DNA from: Stegostoma tigrinum
Lineage: Eukaryota
Length of the DNA: 64,000 nt
Assembly (NCBI RefSeq): GCF_030684315.1
Contig: NC_081358.1
Coordinates: 55,748,942-55,812,941, forward strand
Reading direction: 5' to 3'
In this document: positions 49,063 to 62,480 of the stretch, in pieces
Position numbering within the stretch: the stretch's first letter is position 1
Layout: every line of letters starts with the position of its first letter
Translations under genes and position numbers: made by a program
The notes under the pieces: model-generated
What the model saw: the letters and a program-made list of their open reading frames with translations, nothing else
Database searches by the model: none
Told to the model about the DNA's origin: nothing

Positions 49063-52000
49063 ATATTATTGAGGTTCCAAAATGAGGAGTGCTGATTGTA
49101 GATTACTACACAAATTTCAAACTTATTTTCCCTCTCAAATGCTGTTTGTTCTTCAAGGTTACTTGCAGTACATCCATGCTCTTGGCAGTTATTCCAGATG
49201 CACCAATATAGCATCAACTCATCTGGAATTTTTGGTTCTTTAGCCATGGTATCTGGTCAGATAAGATAATAACACTCCCATTTGTTTCCAGCTTAAAAAT
49301 ACCAGAACTCCCTTTAACTGATAAAAGAAACCTGTTTGGTTGGGATCACACAAGTCCCCCTTGTGAATACCTCTGTTAGCTGTTCTACAGGAGTCTCCTG
49401 ACCGTATTTAGCTTTTACATGTGTAGCGCCCTCCTTTTTTTTGCTACTCTGTTGCTGTCTTCTCCTTCTGTGCACCTTGTGAAAGTGGCCTTTCAAATGT
49501 AGCATTATCTTGTCATGGATGTTCATTGTCTCTACTGTAAGACTTTAACTTCCTTAGCTGCTGACACTAATTTTTCTCATTTGTTATTGGCTTATTATTG
49601 GTGTTGGTTTGCTCTTTGCCTCTTAGATTGTTCATAACTTATAAGGTGAATAGAGTTTGTCGCTTTTCCGTGTCAGGGATGTTCTTCTCCTCTTAGGATC
49701 TGCCTGTATATCTTTCTGGTTTCAGTTTTCACCACAATTTAAATACTTTTCTTCAATGTTAAATCTTCCTTAGACTAAAAGAAATTTGATCAAGATTCAT
49801 CAAGGATTCCAACCATAATTCTAACTCTAATCAATTCTGATGTCAAAGATGTCAGATTTTTCCATTAGTCTGTTGATGTCATGAGTCAAATTGTTCACGA
49901 GTCCACTGGAAACTAAATTTTTCAGTCAGATTTTACTCTTTCAAGTAATCATAAAAGGTTTTTAAAATTTTCAGCAAAATATTTGTACTTTCTTTACTAT
50001 TTTGGCAATTAAGACATCATCCCCTACAGTACCAATTTAACACATTACTGTGTGAACTTGTTGAGTTACAGACTAAGTGTTTAAGTTTTAGGCAATTCAG
50101 TATCTTAAGAACTGTCTCCTCTAAGATGGCCAATCCTGTGCTGTGTTCGGTCCATCATGAAAATTTACTTGGAAATATTTCTATTTCCACTTATTCTTTA
50201 ATGCAGTTAATTATTCTTAACCTTGTTTTAATGTTGTTTTTATTCTCTTTTCTAAGCACATTTATGGGTAATACCCACGTCTAACTGAATATTAATGGAG
50301 TACTGGACCCTGGTGGCCTCATAAGTAAGCTTGATTAGCCTTTACTGATCCCATCTGACAGTAGAGAAAAGTCAGATCCCAATGTGACAACTGACTTATT
50401 AGACTATAAACTTTATTTTTCTCTGTTTACTGTAGAAGAGTGACTGAACAAATTCACAGGAGGCTATCAATGTACATTTAACAAGGGAATATAGAAGTTA
50501 TTCCACAAAACAGAGAAAAACACAAGCTATATTACATTTTACAAAACCTATTAGAATTTATTCATTACAAATTTCAGAAAGATTCAACCCTTGTATCTCA
50601 ACAATAACTTTGCAGACGCTCAAATCTTAATGAAGAGTCATCATCATCTCCATGGTAAATTTGCTTGTTCTGATAAGCTGATAACTCAGCTCAATATCAT
50701 TACTGGACATAAGAAGTATAAACTTATACTTTCAACACGCTTGTAGGCTGTTTTCTTCTCTGACACTTCCACAGCCTTCTACTTCAAAAGTTTTTTTTCT
50801 ATGCAACTTCCTTTCTGCCTTGACTGTTTAGGAGATTACTAGGTTAACTGCCCCTTTGCTGTTATGAACCTTTTCTCTTTGAATCAACATGTTTCTGTCT
50901 GAATCAATGTGTTTCTATTTGAATGAACTTGCTTATGCCTAATTGAACTTACTCTTGGGCCCTTTCTGTCCCTTACTCTCCATCTTTGAGAGTTGTTAAA
51001 CTCAAGTAAGCAAGGCATTAGCAAGTGGCCTAGATAAGTAACATACTATTTTTGTTTTATTAAAAGTCACATGATTTCTCAGAAATACCGTTTTTTAACT
51101 CACTGTTCAAAATAACTTACTGATCTTTAAAGGTAGAAAGAAAATCAATTCTTCCCCACTTTACAGCCAAAGTTCCTGAACAATAGTAATGCATTCAGAG
51201 TCTTTACCTGAATCTCCACCAACAATCTATTAGCAATCTCTAAGTCCCATGCAATCTCTGCACAAAGTGTTTAAACATCCAAAAAATTAATAAAATAATT
51301 GCAACTGAAATTTTATGTGCTGTATTGAATAGAGAGCTTTCAACATTTTCAGTAGCTGGTATCAATATACATAATGATCTTACACACAGGGCTGTGGATG
51401 ATCCTTGTCAACATGTACCGAATCATATTCAGCTGCTTCACCAATAGCCTTCCCTCCATCATAAAGTCAGAAGCAGGGACATCTGCTAAAAATTGCTTCA
51501 TGTTCAACACCATTTGCAATTCTTCAGATATTTAAGTACCCCATGTCCAAATGCAGCAAGACCTGGATAATAACCAGGCTTGGGTTGAAAAGTAGCAATT
51601 AACTTTCATACCACAAATATCAGGTAATTGGATCAAGTGGATTTTGTTCCAGCATCTCTAATTTGCAGTTGATCCTGATTACCAACCAGAAATGACATTG
51701 ATGGCACTGACAAGGAAGGAGTGGAGAAAAGAAGCAGATGAAAGGGAATTCTATGTCACCAGCAGCAGTTAATGGAGCAAGAAACAACAGTCCTGGGCAG
51801 GAACTGCAATCTGCATTTCTCATTAATCTGAGTTTGTTGAAAGGAAAATAAATGAGTATTGTTTTCTGCAGGTCTTTCCTTGCTGATATACATGCTGTTT
51901 TGAAAAGCTGAGAACACAGGCAATCTGAAAATGTAAAGTTCCATGCAGCGCATTAACTTTGCAGACATCCATCGTTTAAGTACACTCATTATTTAAATAT

Positions 52001-54171
52001 ATACAAATATACTTGGAAAACTAATTGATACGTCTCTTTTGTTGCATTTAAGATCTTAATCTCCAGCATATTCATAGAAATTTTTATTGACCTCAGTCTC
52101 CATAAACTGACAAAATATCATGCAGCATCTTTGATATGTCTGCTGAATTTTACAGGTAGAGCACATTTGTATGCTTATGATATGGAGCTGCTTTAATGTT
52201 TGCTGCAGGTTATCATTAAGCAACTCAATTTGAACTGCTTACAACACATTAAACAGAACCATGCGACTGTTGATTCACAACAAATTATGGTAAATTAGCT
52301 TGATAATATGACTGATTAGAACACGCTTTGCAATATAAATATATTAATCACTCCTCAATCTAAAAAGCACCAAGTCTTCAAAGTGAGCAATTACTTTATT
52401 TCTCAAGAGAAGCTGTTCTAATTATGAGTCAGGGAGATGATACTAATTATGTACAATGTAAATACCAAGTCTCAGATCAGTGTACATAATCACTTTATTT
52501 GTAATTTAGAAATGTACTGCGTGACAGTTTTTAAAAAAATCCTTTTCTTTTGTACATCACGTAGTCCAACTTGTCCATTTTATGAGAAGCTGTAAAATGA
52601 GACTAACAGGAGATATAGAGTCAGATTAATATATTCAAATACAAAAGGTCTTGTTGTGCAGTGAATTATTAACCCTTAAAGGTACCTTTGAATGATTGCA
52701 GTAATTTTTCCAGCAATTGCTTTATCTGTCAAAGCCAGGAGACACTTATTAGATGCTTTAGGTGCTCACAGAGGATGGTAAGAAATATGTCCAAGCACAA
52801 AATCACAATTAAACAGCAGCAGATTTAAAAAGAGGTGAATTTTTCCTTTAGTAATTGAGTAAAACAAGGATTAGCCACTCAACAATTTATTCCCCTATTG
52901 AAGTCAATTGTAAAACAATCTGGTTGCCCATTTCCAATTTTGTGTTAGTTTCATCATCAACATCACATCTGAGCTAAAGTTGAATCAAGCAGATGCAGCC
53001 TCCATTGGCATTTTACATTTTTTTGGCATATATTCATGAAAACACTTGTTTGCCCCTTTGGGACATACAGGGGAAGTGGAAGGATGCTCAGACTTAGCTT
53101 ATCAATACATTCTACTGCAATACGAAGCTCACCTTCTGTGACCATTGGTTCTTGGCATGGGACTTGAATCCTGAACTCCTGGCCCAGAGTTAAAGATGCC
53201 ACGACTGCACCAAAAATCATCCTACGGCATTTTGTATTACAATGAAGTTCACCTTCAGGAGATTTATTACAATTCAAGCCTGTCTGGGTTGGATTGGACA
53301 TTTGCAGCAACCAGTTGTGAGAGGGCACCAGTTGTATTTTTGAGGCCTGAGCCTCATTCACATTGGGCTGGTGAGGGGCCCAAATAAATCCAGATTATTT
53401 TTGACATGGGAGAGAATGCCCACAAAATTAATTTCCGTTTACCTCTGCCAAAGTTCAAAAAATTAATTGCCACTGAAATTGTCCAAAGCATGCACAGGGT
53501 GAGGCACTCCAACCTAAAATGGCAATTATGTAGTAAGATCAAGATTTTCAAAATGCCAAGGGCCTGGTGCCTAGATCAAAAGGATACTTTTGGGTGTCTT
53601 ACTCCTGTTCTGTAATCATTATTTTAAATCAACCTGTTCAGATGGGTTATGACACAGCTCCAAGGCAGATGTGACTTGATATTCTGGTCCAGAAGTAGGG
53701 AAGCCACAATCATACCTCAAGGCCATCTCACTGTAATGGTGTCCAAAGGACTAGGCTTAACAAAGCAATACAGACACTCATCCCATTTTGAGACTGGTTT
53801 CTCATTGTTGATGGTAGGTTCAGCAAAAAGAGATTTCACAGCTCCCCAGAGCTCTTCATAATATCACAGAGAAACTGCAAAAGCAATTGAGCTACGTGCC
53901 CCATTGCCTCTGACAAGACCTAGTTCAGGAATTGAAAGCTAATTAATAGAGAAATAATAGGAAAGAGTAATTGTTAATTAATCACACTCATTTCAGAACT
54001 GAATCTTGTCTTTTTTTACCGCTCTGCAAACATTTACTTTGTTCTATGGTTTCTAATGGTAGGCCAGCTCATAATTACTGCAAGGTTACTAATACATTCA
54101 TGAGGTAAACCTCTTGGTCCTGACCATAGCAAGGTTTGTCCTTGTTCAATTTGGAAATGACACCGGAGGGC

Positions 54172-54280
54172 TCAGTTCTGAAAGAGAGTCATATTGAACT
54201 TGAAACATTAACTCTGTTTCTCTCTACATAGATGGCACCAGAACTGTTGAGTTTCTCCAGAAATTTCTGATTTTATTCTA
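54172..54280 (+). mobile_element. Family D-like pLTR fragment with decayed hammerhead motif
   Basis: cagttCTGAAAG..gagtcatattgaactt GAAA CATT aactctg..gatggcaccagaactgttgagtttctccag, homologous to 2272-2400. Confidence 0.55.
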
Positions 54281-54299
54281 AAATTATCTATCTGTGCTA

Positions 54300-55725
54300 G
54301 GCCTTATAGAAATATTGAAATTTAGAGGCAAGTGTAGAGGCATTTAGCCCCTCAAGTTTGCTCCACCGCCAGTTGAAGTCATGATTGTTTTGTGACAAAA
54401 CTCCATGTGGCTGTCTCTGCTTCATATCTTCTGATACCTCTAGCTAACAAAAAAAAACTATCAAATCTTAGTGTTAAGTTAACAATAGGCCCAGCCATTG
54501 ATAGAAGAGAGGTCCAAACCTTACTGCCCTGTGCATGAAGTAATGTCTCCTAATGTCACTCTTAAAAAGTGTGACTCTAGTTCTTAGGCCATGCTCCTAC
54601 ACATTGATTGTCCAACAAGCAATAATAGGTTCTACTCTATCCAGCCTGGCCAATATTTTGAAAGCTACAATCAAGTACCACCTCCTTTAACTTAAACTTC
54701 AAAGTTATTTTTCATACATTCACAGAATGTAGATATTGCTGACTAGACCAGTTTTGCAGGAAATAAAATCTTACTTTGTGGAAACTTCTTCTTAATTTAT
54801 TCCATTCAGTCCAGGTATCCTGATCAATTTGTGCTATGCTCCCTGTAAGGCTGATATAACCTTCTTAGTGAGTGGTACCCAGAACTGTTCACACTGTTCA
54901 AAGTGTAATCAAGCTAGAACTTTGTAAAGATTATGCACAGTTCTCATTCCTCGTGAGAGAAAATGGGAACTGCAGATGCTAGAGAATTCAAGATAACAAA
55001 GTGTGAAGCTGGATGAACACAGCAGGCCAAGCAGCATCTTAGGAGTGCAAAAGCTGATGTTTCGTGCTTAGACCCTTCATCAGAGAGGTTTCTGGTAACT
55101 TTATTTTGGATATAATGGCCAGGATTCCATTAGATATTTTGATTATTTCTGTACCTGTTTACAACATTTTAGTATTCTATGCACCTGAACCTTCAAGTCC
55201 ATTTGGACTCTCATTGTGTTTAGTATTTCAAAGTTTATGCTGAAAATTAAAGTTCATTGTGGATGGGTAGCATATTAGTAGAGACAGAAATTGGCTGGAT
55301 AGCAGAAAACAGAGAGTACATGTAGTTGAGTCTTAGACTGATCAGCAAGATGCAATGAATGTAGTTCGATAGGATTCTGTGTTGGGGCCTCAACTTTTTG
55401 CAACAACATCAATGACTTGTGCTACACTAAATTTGCAGGTGTGACGATGCCAGGCAGGTAAGTATGTTACAAAGAATAGAGTAGGAGGTTGCAGATAGTT
55501 ATAGTTAAGTTAAGTGAGTAGGAGAACACTGGCAGATGAAGCATACTGTGAGAAAAGAAGAAAGTGGTCACTTTGGCCCAAAGAATGAAAAAGCAAGGTA
55601 ATACTTAAATGGAGAATGATCGCAGAATTCTGGGGCACAGAAGGAATTAATTAAAGTGCATGAGTCATAAAATGTTAGTATACAGGTACAACACTTAATC
55701 AAGAAGGCTAATAGGATGTCAATGA
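54300..55725. mobile_element. Degenerate CR1-clade LINE pieces (minus ~54300-55230, plus ~55250-55725)
   Basis: Reversed CR1 3' UTR at ~54330-54450; plus-strand *DSVLGPQLF..INDL..KFAG remnants of RT motifs at ~55370-55440. Confidence 0.6.
54956..55087 (-). mobile_element. Solo family A pLTR end (hammerhead through tail) inserted in a CR1 relic
   Basis: gagagaaaatgggaactgcagatgct..gacccttcatcagagag; starts just 5' of CTGATGA on the minus strand. Confidence 0.88.
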
Positions 55726-56007
55726 ATTTTGTATGGAAGGACTTGGTATTTGATTTGAACCCAGATCCTTGTGAGTCACAAGTGGGTGTGCTACTAAATG
55801 AATCACAACTGATACTTAAAAATACTTAATGCTGCTTGCTTTGGCAGTCTTGCAGTCCACAAACTCCTATATCCTGCCACCCAATCTGCTCTGCCTTATC
55901 TTTATTTTGATTTTTATGTCTACTTTTGTTTGTAAGTTCTCTTTTTCAGCACATTAGTCTTCAATAAATATCAATACCTATGGCAAAAGCTCTCACTTAA
56001 ATTCAAA

Positions 56008-56272
56008 TGATTAGATTAGATTAGATTAGATTCCCTACAGTGTGGAAACAGGCCCGTCGGCCCAACAGGTCTACACCGCCTCTTGGAGCATCCCACCCGC
56101 ACCCATCCCCCTATAACCCACACACCCCTGAACACTACAGGCAATTTAGCATGGCCAATCCACCTAGTCTGCACATCTTTGGCCTGTGGGAGGAAACCGG
56201 AGCACCCGGAGAAAACCCACGCAGACACGGGGAGAATGTGCAAACTCCACACAGACAGTTACCCGAGGCTGG
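56008..56272 (-). mobile_element. 5'-truncated V-SINE/HE1-like SINE with (aatct)n tail
   Basis: Highly similar to 45614-45860; tail gattagattagattagattagatt at 56009-56032. Confidence 0.92.
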
Positions 56273-58544
56273 TAGACAGAAAATGGTAGACAGAATTTTA
56301 TCCTGATATGTACCCTTCAGTACTTCACAGAGACATTTTACATACATCTAACTTTTACACTCTATTCACCAGGTTCTAGCTTTTCAATCACTCTTTATGT
56401 CAGCAGGTGCTGCTCACCCAGAGTTGACAGACAAAGAAAGAATGGAAAGATTGTGGTAAGTGTTGCAAACAAGGTCAAAAAACTTAAATCCAACACAATC
56501 CTAATATGAGCACATATCAGAAATTCTATTGCAGAAGTCACCACACCTTTTTTTCGACTTTCATTTGTTTCCATTCTGTGGCCCACAAGTCAGCTGAGCT
56601 GAGCACCATATTTGAATTCCTATGATGCACTAATCACAAGGGAACACAAATTTGTGAAGACTTTTTAGGCCTGTGGTCACATAGTTTGAAGCATAAAATT
56701 GCACTTGTCCCTCGGGCACTTACAAGAAGGATCGTCGTCCCTTGGAGGTACTTTCTGCTTCTTAGTAGTATTAAGGGCATTTTGGAATTTTTTTTGAATG
56801 AATTGTGTGACTGGCCTCTCTACCTTTAGGACATGTATAAACTGATGAAGATGGGAAACAAAAATGTACAACTCAATTTGCACAGGAATATAGCTCAAGG
56901 TTTGCAGAAAGTTAGACATTGGATAACGTACATTTGTGGACTTCAGATTTATATTATCTGGATTCCAAAATGATAAGTGGGTCAACATTTTCAAGCATTA
57001 AAACACTCAGAGGCTGCATGTATACCATCTGAGGTATCAATTTGAAATTCTGTTGCATCCAGCATAGGTGAGATTGCTGAAGTTGAAACTGTAACAAGAT
57101 AAAGATCAATCATGTTTGAGTACCTGATTAAAAGTGCAATATACAGTACTTCATGACACAGCAGCCATGCCATCAAAGTATGTCACTGTCTAAAGCCCCA
57201 GCTGTCAGACAAAATTCTAGCATTTACATATCTCTCCAATGTCATTTTTCCCCTTGTGATTGGACTGCTATCTCTTGCTGCTGTGGTCTTGCTCAGTTGA
57301 GTAGGTTGGACAGTATGAGTCATGAACTCCTTCACGGTCACTATCAATCCCAGTCTTGTTAAAAGCTAACAGTGTATACACATCTGTGGTACTGGATTTG
57401 TCTTGTCAAATTCTCTAATCTTGGCCCCTGTCTCTGTGAGAAGGGCTGTGACCTGTCTAATTTTGAAATGGATGTATGTGAAATTTCTGGAAACTGCTGG
57501 TGAACCAAAAATCTATTGTCTGTTACTTGAAAGAGAAGGCTACTTCTTTATGAGAATAACAGCAAGTCATGTCGCACCTTTAGTAGAATCACAAAACCCA
57601 AAGTGTTTCACAGAAACATTATGAAGCAAAATTTGATACTGAATTATATGAAAAGGATTTCAGTAAAATGACCAAAAATTGGTCAAACAGATAGTTTTAA
57701 GGAGTAGAGAAAGTAAAGGACTGTAAGGTTTAGGAGCCAATTACTGGGCTTTGAGTAATGGTCTGAATTTGCCCTCTGGGTATCAATTTTAGAATTGGTT
57801 TTGATTGCCTTGGATTTCAGATATCTTTTTGTCAACTTCCTCACTGTCCCTTCACTGAAGCATGGGAGCAAGTTATGCAGGAGTAGGCCAGAATTATGAT
57901 AATGGGGGTCAAGAGCAGACACTGACAACTGCAGTGCCAGAACCAAAACAAAGGCCATAGCAACTGTTACCTTCTCCAAAGCCTTGTGTCATTCCACAGG
58001 GTACAGACGATCAATAAGGAGTTTCAATGTGAAGGAGGCAATACCCCAAACTCAGGGTAATTTATTTTCTTTTTTCTTTCTTAGTTGTCATTGGGGAGGC
58101 CTGTCATTGTTGCCTATCACTTATTACCATTAAACTGAATGTTATGCTCGGCTATTTCAGAGGGCAGTTTAGAGCTAATGATGTCGATGTGGGTCTGGAG
58201 TCCTGTGTAGACCAGACTGGGTAAGGGTAGCCAATATCCTTCCCTAAAAAACATAAGTGACCACATGGGTTGTTAGAGCAACTGATGATTTGACCCTGTC
58301 TCCTTAGAGTATTAGCAGTTGCCTCAGGATTACTAGCCCAGTGACATTATCAATATGCCATCATCTCCCAAACTTAGTGGAGAATAAACACTAATGGGAA
58401 AACTTCCTCAGTAGCACAGCAAATGTACCTCATGATGTTCAGGTTTGAAGCATAAGTCATTGATATATTGCCTTTAGTTAAAATGGAGCAAGGTATAATA
58501 GTAGAGAGGGTTTGTGAAAACTATACAAGGCACTAGTCAGACCA

Positions 58545-58638
58545 CAAACAAAAACAAAATTTACTGGAGAACTCAGCAGTATCTATGGAAAGAAATCAGA
58601 GTTAACATTTCAAGCCAGTGACCTTTCTTCAGAACAGC
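58545..58638 (-). mobile_element. Family D-like pLTR fragment with hammerhead motif
   Basis: Minus strand gtt-CTGAAGA-aaggtcactggctt-GAAA-TGTT-aactctg..gatactgctgagttctccag. Confidence 0.6.
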
Positions 58639-60269
58639 AGTCAGAAAGTAGCTGGAAAACAATTTTAGGTCCCCTTTACTCTTACTTTCTTCAGTACCTG
58701 CTTCATTTCCTCCAGCTCCTTACTTAGCTTCACCTTCTCCCAGTCTCTATCTTGTAGCTGCTCCATGCAGCTGGATAATGCTGTAGCCTTGCTGAGGTTT
58801 AAAGCATGTTTCCCTTCAAATTTCTGTGCACCACCCAATATTTCGGCCTTGTGGGTCCTGGATCTGATAACTGCACATTGCAATATTCGACCTACCTGGG
58901 CCACTTCTTATATAGGTTTATTTTTAGTGCTCTGGGAACTGTACTAATTCTCCTTTTTATTTTCAGTGCGCTACTCTCTCTCTCTCTCTATCAGTATCTC
59001 TCATGGGTGCCTGAAACCATAATAGCTGCTTTTTATGCTCTTCTGTAACTCTAGGTCTCCAATCCTACTCTATCTTCTCTGTATCTTTGTGGGCCTTCAA
59101 CTTCAATATCTGGATTCTTGCTACTTCATGGGTCCTCTAAGCCTGTATTTGGCTTGCATGCCTCAATTTTCTGTGGGCCCCTGACTCTGTACTAGCCTAT
59201 GTTAGGTTTCTTTTTCTGTGAGTCCTCACCCTGGACTAACTTTAGCTGTTTATGCTCCTCACATTACAAGTACTTGGTTTATAGCCAATCACTGTTTGGA
59301 AACCTTCACCCTCTTTCATTGGCTTGAATCCTGGCTATCACATGGAGTAGCCGCCATGTTAATTCAGGCTCAGGCTGGATGTCTGAGAGTTCAAGTTTTG
59401 TGGGGTTAACTTCAGAGATTATACAAATGCTTCTAGCCTAAGCTCACCAAGAGGCAACAATCTTGTCCATGATTTGAACACTTCAACCAGTATACCCGAG
59501 TACTCTTGTTGGTGAAGTGGATAAAGGGACAGAATTATGTTTGCCATTCAGCTTAATTTTATCGGACAAAATATTTCATGTTAAAAATATCATGTGAGCA
59601 TTTCCCAAATTCCCACAAAATTTAGTGTCTATCTAGCTCCATCCATTTGAGAAATGGTATTACCCACAACGATACACATATTTGAGCTGGGCTTTTGGAA
59701 TCTCCTTCCTCTCTGACGTAGGGCTGACTTTCTTCTATGAAGTTGGGCCTTGCAGGTCAAGGTGGATCTTCTCCTAAGGTTTTGTGGGTTGCTGAACCAT
59801 CTTCTGCCATGAGTCTTGCTGCGAGCCTTTGCTGAGGGGGTGGCTTCCAGGTGTGTGTTTTATCCCCTTCACCCTAGACATTCCAGAATGGTCTGTGGCA
59901 TTTGGCTGATGGGTCATGACGGGGTTCAAAGCACCCAATGGTGTCACTCTGATACCCTTCACTGCTGCTATGCTGGGGAGATGTAAAGTGCATATCCTCA
60001 GGCGCTGGCTAGAAGTCAAAGCGCCAGAACATCTGATGAATATTTATCAAATATAGAGCCCTCAGGCTGATTGCAACTAGTGCCCCCTGAACTTCTGTTA
60101 TGTATCTGACCTTGGTTTCTACTGTTCTCTGTGGCCAATGGATGTTGCGCTTCTGTTCCATTTTTTTGGTCCATTTTTTATCAGGCCTGATTTCTCCAGC
60201 TTTGGGTCAATTTAGAATGTCCAAATTTGGTGCCATCATCACTTGGCCACAGAAGAAAGAGAGTTAACC

Positions 60270-60890
60270 TTATTAAACATGGAAAATTCTTATGCGAATT
60301 GACAGGTTAGATGCACAAATGTTGTTTCCCCTTATGAGAAATTTTAACATCAGAGGTTGTAGTCATAGAGTAAATAGTTACACATTTAGGACGGAGATGA
60401 GGAGGAACTTCTTGTCTCAAAGGTTTGTGAATCCATGTAGTTTTGTTTTACTGTGAAGGGCTCTTGCGGCTGTATCATTAAATATATTCAAGACAAAGAC
60501 AGGCAGATTTTTAATCACGGGTTATAGAAAAAAGTCAGGAAAGTAGAGTTGAGGATTATGAGATCAATCATAATTTCATTGAATGGCAGAGCAGATTTAA
60601 TGGACTGAATGGAGAGAGAGATAATGGGAACTACAGATGCTGGAGCATCTGAGATAACAAAGTGTGAAGCTGGATGAACACAGCAGGCCAAGCAGCATCT
60701 TAGGAGCACAAAAGCTGACATTTCAGGTCTCGACCCTTCATCAGAGGCTCTGATGAAGGGTCTAGGCCCGAAATGTTAGCTTTTGTGTTCCTAAGATGCT
60801 GCTTGGCCTGCTGTGTTCATCCAGCTTCACACTTTGTTATCTCTTGAGGGACTGAATGACCTACTTTGCTCCTATGTCATATGGTCCTAC
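60270..60890 (+). mobile_element. CR1-clade LINE 3' end interrupted by a palindromic PLE mini-element
   Basis: tttaggacggagatgaggaggaacttcttgtctcaaagg (FRTEMRRNFLSQR); the UTR resumes after 60848 as ggactgaatgacctactttgctcctatgtcatatggtcct. Confidence 0.85.
60612..60848. mobile_element. Palindromic PLE-pLTR mini-element with two oppositely oriented hammerhead motifs
   Basis: 96-bp arms 60651-60746 and 60748-60843 around a single central G (tcatcagag-g-ctctgatga); tail only on the left; TSD ggactgaatg at 60602-60611 and 60849-60858. Confidence 0.92.
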
Positions 60891-60934
60891 ATCTGCAACC
60901 TACTGGAAAAAGTTTTTCTTCCATTTGCAGCATG

Positions 60935-61910
60935 TGACATTTCCAGTAATTGTCACGGTCATCACAGCTTTTGACTCTGGCTCTATCCAGGGGCCTGCTG
61001 ATTATATCTGTTGGATTGCATCTCTGAAGTCACAGATGCATTGTTTTCCAATGCTGCCAATGATATCCATTTTACCATCGATAGCCCAGTCAGAGAATAA
61101 AGGCTATCGGTTTCATTGTAGTGTCTGTAATCACACAGTGTCAGGGCACATACCAATCCAATCAGATCAACCTGGAGTCTTCACCAAACACAATGGAATC
61201 GTTTTCAATAATATTCAGCTGGCTACCACAAAATGATCATGAATGCTTATGTTTAGATCCCTAGGGAGCCAGCGGAATTCATTCATTCTCTGACAAACAC
61301 AATCACCAACACAATAAGAGACAAGAATTCTGAAGAACCAGGTCTGAATCTCTGTCCTGATGGCATCTCTTTTTATGGAGGTAAACATCAGCATGAGTCA
61401 CTGAAATATCGCAGACTAGAGATGGATCACTCCAATCTTCCTCCATGGCTGCACACTGCCTCTGCAAATGCTGACAGTTTCATACATATTTCCTATTGCT
61501 GCTCTACAAGATCCCTTACCATAAATGACTCCAAAAGCTCAGCAGCTATGCCCAACTGAGCTGAACTTGGAATGTCCTGTCCCGTTTGATAGTACAGATA
61601 GAAATTACCCTGTTCACATGTGATGTGTCTGTATTCCCACAGTGTCAGGGCACACACCAATCCAATCAGATCAACCTGGAGTCTTCACCAAACACAACAA
61701 AATTGTTTCCAATAATATTCAGCTGGCCACCACAAACATATCATGAATGTTTAAGTTTAGGTCCTCGGGAGCTGCCGGAATACTTTCATTCTCTGACAAA
61801 CATAATCACCAACACAATAATAGATGTGCAACTCATCATGTGCCAATCAGATATTTTGTCTGTTGTACCCATCTGGGTTCCAAGCGTAATGTATTTTATT
61901 CTGGAGAGTG
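60935..61910 (+). pseudogene. Decayed PIF/Harbinger (HARBI1-like) DDE transposase with internal duplication
   Basis: Pieces FPVIVTVITAFDSGSIQG, CISEVTDALFSNAANDIHF, HIPIQSDQPGVFTKHNGIVFNNIQL, RSLGSQRNSFIL and IIDVQLIMCQSDILSVV..YFILES follow the Harbinger order LPV..GSFQ / EVTDALF / HV.I..F.NRKG.HS.NVQL / PGS.HDSFIL. Many frameshifts. Confidence 0.7.
61133..61822 (+). repeat. ~185-bp direct duplication (~61133-61320 and ~61638-61822)
   Basis: cacagtgtcagggcaca.accaatccaatcagatcaacctggagtcttcaccaaacacaa..aatcaccaacacaataa present twice. Confidence 0.92.
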
Positions 61911-62480
61911 CGTTCATCAGCCATGTGTCAATGGAAAGAACCTGTGCATGGTGAAGGTCATGAGTTAGTGTTAACTTGAAGGAATGGTATAAACTGAACA
62001 TATCATGGTATTTAAACACTTGTGCCACAAGTCAACATGAAAGAAAATTACAGCAATGTGATATCTAATGCTGTCACTTGTTCTTTGAGCTACCATCTCT
62101 TCAGCACCAATACCTAGTGTCAGTGGAACGCACTGCCGATCTCCAACACTTCCACCTCTACTACCGTCCAGGAGGCAATTTCTGCAGCTTATCTGCATCT
62201 CCGCGCTGTTATCCTCACAATTCTCCTGCAAAGAGAGAAATGTGTGAGTTATGAGTGGAACAATTGAGTTGTTTGCTGGGAGAAAATCAGTATGGCTGTG
62301 AGGGATGGATACAGTAATGTAAGAAGGCAAATGTTTGTGTAAATGTTGTATGTTCATAGGGAGACTTGGGGAGATTCATGGAGGGGGAGGAATGTGTGAA
62401 ATTATGAGGTAAGTTTGGCAATGTTATACTTGGGAACGGAGTCAGAGATGGATGAATGCCAAGTGAAAGTAGTATGGTAC

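Noticed and set aside
49260-51200. Possible old LTR element or solo LTR on the minus strand
   Set aside because: Only a compositional impression; no second LTR, TSD or protein motif confirmed.
51640-52700. Repeat-free AT-rich stretches with many TAAT/ATTA motifs that could be conserved enhancers (also ~12450-13450 and ~38550-39200)
   Set aside because: Conservation cannot be judged without cross-species alignment, and such motifs are expected by chance at this AT content.
58665-60260. Possible LTR-retrotransposon gag/protease relic (coiled-coil-like ORF 58665-58904, YRCG..H and RVLGYTG-like fragments)
   Set aside because: Too degenerate; I could not establish LTR pairs, a primer-binding site or RT/integrase motifs by eye.
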